From NCBI GenBank assembly GCA_951406725.2, contig OX597835.1, positions 35,650,001-35,714,000 of the forward strand: 64,000 bases of DNA, read 5' to 3'. The notes beneath the pieces were generated by a model. That model did not search any database. It was not told the origin of the DNA and was given only the letters and a program-made list of their open reading frames with translations. The position numbers were made by a program, and so were the translations under genes. The DNA is from Octopus vulgaris. Taxonomy: Eukaryota. Shown here piece by piece: positions 53,688-64,000 of the stretch; the stretch's first letter is position 1, and each line of letters begins with the position of its first letter.

Positions 53688-54272
53688 TGTAGTAGTAGTA
53701 GTTGTAGTAGTAGTTGTAGTAGTTGTTGTAGAAGAAGAAGAGATTTTGCTGATGGTGCCGTTGCACATTATGATAATAATGATGTTGTTGATGATGATGA
53801 TGATGATGACGACGACGATGTGATGGTGACGATGCGATGCAGCTGTTACTGCCGGTGATGATGACGACGATGATGACGACAATGATAATGCTGCTGCTGC
53901 TGATGATGATGATGATGTTGATGATGATGATGATGTTGTAGAAGAGCAACCACAACATCAAGAATGAGACAAAGATAGATGAATAAGGACAAGAGGAAAA
54001 AAGAAGGAAGAAGACGGTGAAGAAGAAAAGGAAGAAAAGAGAAGAAAAATAAGAGCAAAGAAGAAAGTAAAAAAAAAGACACCAACGAAAAAGAAGAAAA
54101 AAGTAGGAAAGCAGTGAAACAACAAAAAACAATGAAGAAGAAGAAGAAGAAGAAGAAGAAGAAGAAGAAGAAGAAGAAGAAGAAGAAGAAGAAGAAGAAG
54201 AAGAAGAAGAAGAAGAAGAAGAAGAAGAAGAAGAAGAAGAAGAAGAAGAAGAAGAAGAAGAAGAAGAAGAAG
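53380..54272. repeat. Compound trinucleotide block (CAG/CAA, CTA, AGT, GAT, GAA)
   Basis: Directly visible; perfect (GAA)n at 54134-54272. Confidence 0.9.
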
Positions 54273-54628
54273 AGTGATTGTACAAAGCAGATATTATTAA
54301 AGTTTGAAGAAAAATAGAAATAAGATCCTAAAAAGTAAGAAAGGAAAAACGAGGAGAAACGAAGAAAAAAGTGAGTTTGAAGAATTATTAGATGCACATA
54401 AGCGGCCTAGCTGCTAAGACTTTGGTTTGAATATTAGGGAAACGGGAACTGATTTTAATGGCTTCTACCCAGGAGGTGAGATAGCTGTCGTCTGTTTTAA
54501 TCAATAATCTAGGCGCATGCGCTCATACACACTTTATCTGTCTTTTCTCCGTCATTCTGTTTCGTCGTGTCTCGCTCTGTGTCTCTGTCTCTCTCTTTCT
54601 TTCTCTCTCTTTCTTTCTCTCTCTTTCT

Positions 54629-54659
<31 letters not shown>

Positions 54660-55663
54660 GTTTTCCCTCATTTCTTTTCTTCTCTTTCCCTCTCCGTCGC
54701 CGCTTTCAGATTTTTCACTCTTTCGTTTGTATTCTCCTGCTGCTTACCATTAAAAAAAAAATATCCCCTTCCTTCTTCATTTCTCTCGTATTTTCTCTTT
54801 CATCCTACCTCTCTCTGTCTTTCTCTCACTCTTTCTTTCTTTCATTCTCTCTCTCTCCCTCTTTCTTTCTCTCTCATTCTTTCTGTATGAGCATATGTGC
54901 TACTTTGTCGTATTTGTCTGAGTGGCTGATAATGTGTGTGTATATGTCTGTCTCTCACACTCTTACGATATGTGTGCATCCCTAAATATACTCACGTGCA
55001 CACAACCCGTACACAGATATATAAAAGGGATGAGAAAGTGATATTACGTGTATATATTTATACACAGATGTGTATGTATATGTGTATGTATACACAAAAA
55101 TATAGACTTACATATATATGTATGTATGTATACGTACACTTTTATGTATGTATAAATAGATTTAAATTATTGTAAATATATATCCATATATTGTATATAT
55201 ATATCCATAAATATATATATATACACACACAGGTATATAGTTATAAAAAAACTGGCATATATATGTATACACATATACATATATACATACGCACACACGT
55301 GCACCTTTCTGTCTCTTTCCTTCTCTCCCCCTCTCTCCCTCTCTTTCATCCCCGATCTGTACATACGCCTTTTGTCTTCATTAGGAAAATATGGCAAAAC
55401 TTCTGTAGGCGAAATTCTATGTTGTCCTTGATAATTTAATTGGCTCCGTTAAGTTGATTCTTTCTTTTTAAACATTCTATATTGAGATTAGAAGGAAAGG
55501 AAGGAAGAGAAGAAGAAAAGAAGGGGAATCAGAAGAAGCGAGGAATTAGAAGGTAAAGTGAATTACATGCACATATACTAACACAGACACACACGCACAC
55601 TCATGTATATCTGCAGTCATCCATGTTTGCAAACATATTCATGGGTCCCTGTGAAATATATAT

Positions 55664-55718
<55 letters not shown>

Positions 55719-55853
55719 AATGTACACATACATAGACACACACATATATATATAGTAATAAAAAGGATCGATATAAATCTTTTTCACATGGTGAATTGTA
55801 GTGAAAAATATAAAAAAGAGCAAAATTCACAAACATTTTATGTTAGAGAATAT

Positions 55854-55904
<51 letters not shown>

Positions 55905-56324
55905 TGTATATAATTACATATTCAACCGGTTTCGCTTGTGCTAATCATGACTAAGAATTTAGAGATATTGTTACAATTTCACGCTGTCATAAGCAGTTTT
56001 CTTTCTACGTTTGTAGTGGACAGAGAGACAGACTGTCAAGGAGCAAATCGGTTATAAAAATGGAACAGAGAGCGGGTATGATATACAAATATCAAGATAG
56101 AGACAGACGAGATTAAAAAGTATATAAAATATCATGCAAATATAAAATATCTAGATAAATTCAAACCCAGAATATATAAACATACTTTCACATATACAAA
56201 TAGTTACATTTAACATTTTGATAGAGACACAGATGAGATGATACCGCTAAGCTTATTGCACACATAAATTACTCCCTTTCGCTTTCTGTTTATAACTTTA
56301 TAAAAAATACACACACTCAAATAG

Positions 56325-56625
<301 letters not shown>

Positions 56626-57179
56626 ACATGTGTGTACGTGTGTGTGTGTGTGTGTGTGTGCGTGTGTGTGTGTGTGTGCGTGTGTGTGTGTATGTATTAT
56701 CTCCGTATGCATGTATGAATGTAATGTTTACGAGTAGATAAGTGTTAGTTCATGTTACAAGATATTTTAAAATCACTGAGTGGGGCATAAGATGAACGCA
56801 CAGTTTCTTTTTTGTAAGGAACCAGTGTAAATCAAGCAAGTAATTTGAAAACTGCTTGAAGAACATTGTGTTCCAATGATTGCTTTTGGAACTACATGTA
56901 ACGGGAACTCACTCTTTGCTTGTGATAGTATTTAAGTTAAACCATTTTTTGTCATATAACGCTTAATTGAGTAGTACACGAACACACACACAAACATACA
57001 CATGTACAAACGCATACACACACGCGTGCGCGCATTGACCACTTCCCAGCACCTACATCATCATCCAAACACCTACACATGCATACACGCACACGTCAAG
57101 GTCACCAGTCCTCTTCCACACGCACCACGCTCTCATATACACACGCACGCGCATCTCCTCTTCTTCCTAGCTCTCCTGT

Positions 57180-57372
57180 GTGACACCTCTGTCCGGCATT
57201 CGCCATGATGGATCGCTAGCCACTAAACCTTTTTCAGCCTTCTCTCCCTGTTTACTTCTGTGTTCCTTTCTGTTGAAGAGCGTAGGCTCGAAATGTAAAC
57301 GACTTTCTTACTTCCCGAACGTTAAACTAGTACATCTGTTTGTTGTTTATACACCCGTTTTCGTCTTTTATA
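57180..57372 (+). mobile_element. PLE pLTR family A with HHR motif at 57266-57301
   Basis: cttt CTGTTGA A GAGC-GTAG-GCTC GAAAT GTA aacg. Confidence 0.65.
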
Positions 57373-57625
57373 AGTTGAATGATATTTCGACGGCTAGCCT
57401 GTCTTCGTCGAGTTCAAAATGAAAAGTGATAAAAATTCAAAATTAGAGAAATTCAAATCCAAGATATGAACGAGAGCAACCAGTGTTCACACGCTGTTGG
57501 AATGACATCATCAGTCTTCAAATTTCAATTTCATAACAGGCAAAAAGAAAAAGAAGAGAAACAGAGGAAAAAAGAAAGAAAAGGGAGAAGAAGAAGAATA
57601 TTTGATCAAAGAGTTTTGTGTAATT

Positions 57626-57936
57626 AACACTTATCGCCAAGCTAATATGGCAGTAAATAAATATAGGACGAAAGCTGCCGTTGATTACCTCCAAGAGGCC
57701 ATCGCTAGAGGAGATGGTCAGCAGCGATGCCTGCTGAGTTTGGCTACTCTTCATTGATAAAGGGCAAATACCCTGAAACATGTCTGCGGATGCTTGACCA
57801 CCAAGGGGAAGCGGCTGACCTCCCCTGTTCGAATGAATACATGTTTGTGTGTCATATAGCTAGCCTCTTGGAACTAATCAACGGCAGCGTTCGTCTTATA
57901 TTTATGGACTGCTGCATTAGCTTGGCGATAACTGTT
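57626..57936. repeat. 74-bp inverted repeat enclosing a hammerhead
   Basis: Arms 57626-57699 and 57863-57936. Confidence 0.85.
57748..57790 (+). ncRNA. Type I hammerhead ribozyme motif, U3:A8 compensatory core
   Basis: tcttca TTGATAA AGGG-CAAATA-CCCT GAAAC AT GTC tgcgga: palindromic ACATGT stem III, GUC triplet, stem I 5/6. Confidence 0.72.
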
Positions 57937-58178
57937 GATATCCAGTATCACTGTCGTATTCTCCTTTAGGGAGACTTAGAAATAATATTTCTAGTTTTGT
58001 GTAAAGTTGATAAAATCCTTCTGTCATTTTATTCATTCCTCCAGGGCGTGATGTTAATAACCCACAAACGTATTTCTCCTGATGCATTTTGCTGACTAGA
58101 ATTGTAGCATACACACACAGACACACACAGACACACACACACAGCCACACACACACACACACACAAACACATATATAC

Positions 58179-58252
<74 letters not shown>

Positions 58253-58253
<1 letters not shown>

Positions 58254-58394
58254 ACGGGCTTCTTTCAATTTTCGTCTACCAAATCCACTCACAAGGCTTT
58301 GGTCGGCCCGAGGCTATAGTAGAAGACACTTGCCCAGGGTGCCACGCAGTGGGACTGAACCCGGAACCATGCGGTCTGTAAGCAAGCTACTTAC
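58253..58394 (-). mobile_element. SINE family B 5' half
   Basis: High identity to the family head. Confidence 0.85.
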
Positions 58395-58397
58395 TTA

Positions 58398-58640
58398 AAA
58401 ATCCGTGATCATGGAATGAAAAATAATTTTACAAAACGAAAGAATATCCAATAATATAGCCCGGATGTGGCTAGAATCTGTATTCTTGCAATATTCTTTT
58501 GTTTTGTAAATTTACTTCTCATCTCATGATTACGGTCTTTTATGATGACGTCATGTTCTCATTCTTCTATTAAAAAGATGCGTAAGAAACAGCTGTTATG
58601 AGCTGGCAATCATCCATCGTCCGTTATTATTCATTTGATT
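58398..58640 (+). mobile_element. Fold-back PLE fragment with degenerate HHR at 58537-58602
   Basis: Inverted arms 58398-58447 and 58491-58541, then ATGATGA...GAAAC AGCT GTT atgag. Confidence 0.45.
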
Positions 58641-58662
58641 ATATATATATATATATATATAT

Positions 58663-58971
58663 ATCACGTAATCACCGTGACCGACCAGGCTATCAGATGT
58701 TGCTACATATCGCTGGTCACAATGCGCTTCGCATTGTTTTAGCCTTCAAATGACGCCACCCCGCTGGCTAAGCGAGCAGGCCAATAGAAGAAAGAGTGAG
58801 AGAAAGTTGTGGCCAAAGAGTACAGAAGAGACCGCCACCACCCCCTGCCGGAGCATCATGGAGCTTTAGGTATTTTCGCTCAATAAACACTCACAAAGCC
58901 CGGTCTGGGAAACGAGACCGCGATCCTACGACCGCGAGTCCGCTGCCCTAACCACTGGACCATTGCGCATC

Positions 58972-58973
<2 letters not shown>
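58663..58973 (-). mobile_element. tRNA-derived SINE family C, full length
   Basis: A-box tggtccagtggttag, B-box-like ggtctcgtttccc, unique body, flanked by microsatellites. Confidence 0.8.
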
Positions 58974-59062
<89 letters not shown>

Positions 59063-59617
59063 ATGAATATATATGTGTATATATATGTGCGTGTGTATGT
59101 GTATATAAAGATATATACACAGAAATTCACACACACACGCGTACACACACACGCGTACACACACACGCGTACACACACAAACATATATTGGTATGTATAC
59201 ATATATAAACATTTATACGTATATATGTATACATATATATAGGTGTATATACATATATGGACATACAACTGTGTTTGTCATTGTGTGTATATATGTATGT
59301 ACGTATGGATGTATATGTATGAATGAATTTAGGAATGAATGCATGATACGCGTAAGGGAAAAAGCGAAAGAAAGATGGCTACTTTGGTTTGTGTGGTTAA
59401 TTCGTTCAAGATATTGGCTGCCGTAGCAAGTAATATCAGATTGCGTCACTAATTTCTTTTCTCTAACTTGTCTTGATTTAAAAAGAGTTAAATACAGGCA
59501 ATAATACTTCTTATCGGCTTTCGTAATTAATTTGCAGAATTAAAATCCTTTAATTAAGTGCCAAAACAAAAGTTGTATACAGTTGTATGTATGTATGTAT
59601 GTATGTATGTGTCTGCA

Positions 59618-59681
<64 letters not shown>

Positions 59682-60424
59682 TACGTACATAGTATATTTT
59701 TTCATATGTATATATTTATAGATGCATATATTTATACATATATATGTATATATATGTATATATGTGTGTGTGTGTGTGTGTGGATATGCATACATACATA
59801 CATATATATATTTATGTATATGTATTCACGCACAAATATATGCATACACAGATATATTTATCTACATACACACACACACGCACACACATACACACGCATG
59901 CATCTATATACATATAAATGTATATATATGTATATGGAGATATATACACAAATATATATTATATAGATACCGCATGTGTGTATCCATATTTGCATATATA
60001 TACACACACACACTATCTTTCCCCCACACACACATACACACACACAGACTCACACACACTCACACACACACATACATTGTAGTAAATCCAGAAAAGGTCT
60101 GACGCTCCGCATTTAAGATGGCGCTCAAAACCAGATTATGCTTCTGTTTCTCTTTTGCCTTCTTACATCTAATTCCTTCTTAATATTGTTGAATTAATTT
60201 GTTGTTTTTGTTGTTGCTGATGGTGGTGACGACGGCATTACGGTTGTTTTTATGTTTTTATTCTTGCCCTTTTTTTATGTACTTTTAGTGGTTTTGTGGA
60301 ATTTGGTCTTTTTGTGTGTTTTTCCTCGTTTGGTTTATTCTAAGCATTTTTTTGTCTCAAATTGAAATATTTTGCTTCGTCGACATTAATTAGTCAAACA
60401 GAATAATGTAAAAGATTAACATGG

Positions 60425-61040
60425 CGACGAGAAGGAAAGATATGGTGTTGATGATGATGATGATGAAGATGACGACGACGACGATGATGATGATGATGGT
60501 GGTGGTGATGGTGGTGGTGATGATGATGATGATGATGATGATGTTGGTGGTGGTGATGATGCTGATGATGCTGACGATGATGATGATGATCATCATCATC
60601 ATCATCATCATGATTATGATAATGATGATCATGACGACGACAATGATGGCAACGACGAGGATGATGAAGGTCGTGGTGGTGATGTTGATGATGGTGTTGG
60701 TGATGATGAAGGCGATGAGGATAGTTGTGATGATTGATGTTGAAGGTCGCGCTATCGATGATGATGATCATCATCATGATGCCTATGCTGATGATGACGA
60801 CAATGATGCTACTACTGTTGCTGATGATGATTATGCCGACGATGATGCTGGTGGTGATGATAATGACGATGATGATGAACATGAAAAAGTAGAAGAGGAG
60901 TGATAGAAGACAAGGAGAAGGAGGAGAAGTTGGATGATATGGAGGGGGAAACAAATGAGGATAAAGGGAAGAAGAAGGTAAGTAGAAGGAAGGAAAGTAG
61001 TATGAGACAGAAGAGGAGGAGGAGGCGGAGGAGGAGGAAG
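60425..61040. repeat. Compound (GAT/GGT/GAG)n low-complexity block
   Basis: Directly visible. Confidence 0.9.
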
Positions 61041-61281
61041 TAGAAGGACAAACAAAAAGAAATGGCGTCAAGAATTTTATACGGTGCGCCAACGAATCTG
61101 CCAGAATTCAAAAAAGTAATGTGAGTTTGGACAAAATCTAATAATTTGAAAGTGCCAAAATATCATTTTGGTGCCATTCAGGACTAACATCCCAAACGTC
61201 CGATTTTCCATTCCTCAAGACAACCAAACATATTGCTGCATAGAAATACACTTCTTTTAAAAGTAAAACGAACCTGATATA

Positions 61282-61594
61282 TCAATATCTATAAAGCTGA
61301 ATTGCGAAAAAGGAGTTTGATTTCTTGGTTATTTGTCTCATTTTGGGATGGGAACGGTTTAACGGGCGGTAGATGGGATCGGATTGGCGCTAAAATTTAC
61401 ACTGGGGGGTAAAATGGTGTGGGCAATGGTGTGAGGAGGGTTGCAAGTCGCTCGGGGTTACCGTTTGGTTGCCATGGTGAGGAATATGGGAAAGGCAAAG
61501 AAGACGAACAAAAGAAGAAAAGGAAAAAGGACACAACACGCACAAAACAACACTACCACCAAAACCCGAGCGAAGCATGGGTCCAAATAGCTAG
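61282..61594 (+). mobile_element. Non-autonomous mini-Helitron
   Basis: 5' TCAATATCTATAAAGCTGAA (like the 52134 end), 3' hairpin acccg-agcgaagca-tgggt then CTAG|T. Confidence 0.7.
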
Positions 61595-61654
61595 TCGTCA
61601 TATAAATGGTAAACAGCGAGAATGAAAACGGTGAGCAGCAGTTAAGGTGAGATG

Positions 61655-61970
61655 TGTCACGTGACAACTTGCTGGGGTTGCCTGCTGGAGCCTATGCGGC
61701 AGGTATTTAAAGGAAAAATTTGACAAGACAGTCAGTCACCGGCTGACACTCGCTGACGACACATCGAAGAGGCCATGGAACAGAAGAAAGAAGAAGAAAG
61801 AAGACATGTACCCAACACCAGAGCTGAAGACACCTCGGAAAGGGGGAAGTGCCCCGCCACGTCAATACGGTAGAGGAGTAGGGGCCGAAACCGGACGTGG
61901 TTCCTCCTGATGATGTCTTGAGCTAACTGGATCCTATAAAGGAGCTGTTGAGGTTGCAGACCACGTAACA
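61655..61970 (+). mobile_element. Possible solo LTR
   Basis: TGTCACGTG...CACGTAACA inverted termini (8/9), TATA-like tatttaaa; no TSD seen. Confidence 0.3.
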
Positions 61971-62399
61971 CGGTTGTAATTCCTCCTTAGTTCTTAATGC
62001 GTTTGGGCGGATTTGAGTTGGAATATGCGCACCGTTGTCGTGTTTGGTGACAGCTTCTCCTTCACGACAAATATGTATTACGACGTACTCGAGTTATTCG
62101 TTCAAGAGATCTGGGACACCCGTTGTTTCGACATCGTCCTTACTAGTCAGCCTGTTGTACCATCGGCACTAACGTATCTTACAAGCATTTGTGGCTGTTT
62201 GCTGATTGGTGCTGGTATCTGCCAACCGATAATAATTCCTCGGAACAACAACTGTCACTTGTAGTTGTACTTATACATTCGCCGTAGAGAATAAGTGTTT
62301 TTCCTGTGACGAAGCAAAGCGGCGATTAGCACATTCACATTTGAATATGTCGAAACGTATTCAGAATATACAAGGCATAGAAAAATAAAATTAGATCTA

Positions 62400-63137
62400 C
62401 AGGGGTTGGACAAAATAATGGTAACGCCTTAAAATTTCAAACAAATTTATTTTAATAAGGAGTAGGACCGCCTTAGGCAGTAATTACAGCTTCAATTCTA
62501 CAAGGTATGGTCTCGTAAAAGTTTGAATTGTTTCAATTTTTATCAATTCTTCAGATAAAACAGTCTCCAGTTCTTGTAGTGATGATGCTGGAGGATATCG
62601 ACTCCTTACTTATTTTTCTAAAATGTACCATAAATGTTCAATGATATTGAGATGTGAGGACAGATAAGATGTTCAACTTCACCAGAATGTTCCTCGTGCC
62701 ATTCAGTAACAACCTTAGCTGTGCGAATTGGTGCATTATCATCCTGAAAGATTGCGTTCCCCTCCAGAAACAGTTCCGCAGCCATAGGATGCGCTTGATG
62801 AGATAAAATGCTTAAATAGTCTTGACTATTAATTCTGCAATGAAGGAAAACCATTGGGTCGGCGGATTTCCAAGATATAGCCCCCGCCACCCAAACCATA
62901 ACAGTTGGATGAAGGCGGTCTGGGTCAAATGCTTCTTTTGGCTGTCTCCACAGATATACTCGGCCGGTGGTCGGAAATAAGGTAAAGAATGATTCGTCCG
63001 AAAAAATAACATTCTTCCACTGCTCTAGGAACCAATTCTGGAGGTTTTTAATCCACTCTAAACGCTTTGCAACATTTGTTTTTTGGAAATAGTGTTTTTC
63101 TGATTGCAGATCTCCCGTGAAATCCGACTTTGCAGGC
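62400..63137 (-). pseudogene. Tc1-like transposase remnant with one TIR
   Basis: TA|CAGGGGTTGGACAAAATAATGG terminus; MVW..AIS...INSQDYLSIL...IFQDDNAPIRTAKVVTEW catalytic region, frameshifted. Confidence 0.9.
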
Positions 63138-64000
63138 CATCACTACTGTAGTGGTGTTGCCAGGTAGAAAGTGATAACTGTGATCGACAGTTTCACTTCG
63201 AAAATGACATTCCACCACAGAATCTTGAAGGCCGACCGCTAAAGTCGAATTGTAGAGGACACTTTGAGAATTCTGTTCCTTAGATTAGAAATGAACTCTA
63301 TATTTGAGTTGAAATAAATTTTCATTCTCTCATAATTTTCAGCCATGGAGCGAGTAACAAAATATCAGACCAGACCTCCAAGGAATGGACGACTTAACAA
63401 GATAAAGCAATAAAATTTACAAATAAAACCTTCTGGACAAACAAAACGAAATATAATTTTATTGAGTTTCTCGCACATAATCAGACACCTCGGAGGATGA
63501 AGAAGAAGAAGAAGGAGGAGGGGGAGGAGGGGGAGAAGAAGAAGAAGGAGGAGGAGGAGAAGAAAAAAGGAAAGAAGGAGAAAGCAAATGAGTAGAAAAA
63601 GGATGTGGAGGAAAAAGAAGAAAACGGTGGATGATAAGAAGAGAAAATAATTAGAAAAATAAAATTAAGAAGGATGAAGAGAAAGCGAAATCGTTGAAGG
63701 AAGAGGAAGAAGAACAAAAGGATATCACACCAAGATTCAGACATGTTGATAACGACGATCATGATCATGATGATTATGATGAATTTCATGTAATTTAAAA
63801 TTAAGATGCGTTTGAGTATCCATATATCAATACATAATGCGTAGGCACACGCGCACACATACTTGCATACATACATACATACATACATACATACATGCAT
63901 ACATGCATACATACATACATACATACATATATATATATATATCCGCCACAAGTGCATAGACACGTGTATCTATAGAGGCATAAGTTAGCATAAACTTATA

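Noticed and set aside
55921-55935. Minus-strand CGAAACCGGTT hammerhead 3' half
   Set aside because: No matching CUGANGA box or stem I partner nearby.
61820-61908. CTGAAGA...CGAAAC...GGTT hammerhead-like spacing in the putative LTR
   Set aside because: Stem I and the base of stem II are out of register; likely chance.
61990-62270. Possible Tc1 N-terminal remnant (RGIIIG; GCPRSL) on the minus strand
   Set aside because: Too degraded to call by eye.
62305-62365. GTGACGAAG...CGAAACGTA hammerhead-like boxes
   Set aside because: No stem I complementarity.

Overview
Eukaryotic, microsatellite-saturated, intergenic or intronic DNA. The repeat families and very high (TA)n/(CA)n/(AAT)n content suggest a coleoid cephalopod, probably Octopus; this is an inference from recognising the repeats, not a search result. 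I see no intact host protein-coding gene, and most ORF-track entries are microsatellite translations. Recognisable coding remnants are all transposon-derived: Penelope-like element (PLE) RT-thumb/GIY-YIG, Helitron PIF1 helicase, mariner/Tc1 transposases and CR1-group LINE 3' ends. There are also three tRNA-derived SINE families, mini-Helitrons, a MITE and a tRNA-Thr-like pseudogene. The main hidden signal is about 22 type I hammerhead ribozyme (HHR) motifs, found by eye on both strands, in several distinct PLE pseudo-LTR (pLTR) families. Many sit in fold-back units, either inside a 74-132 bp inverted repeat or duplicated in both arms. One locus has a retrozyme-like pLTR-spacer-pLTR layout with a ~1.1 kb HHR-to-HHR monomer. 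Core variants recur (U3:A8 compensatory pair, U4C, A6U). Ribozyme activity and expression are untested.
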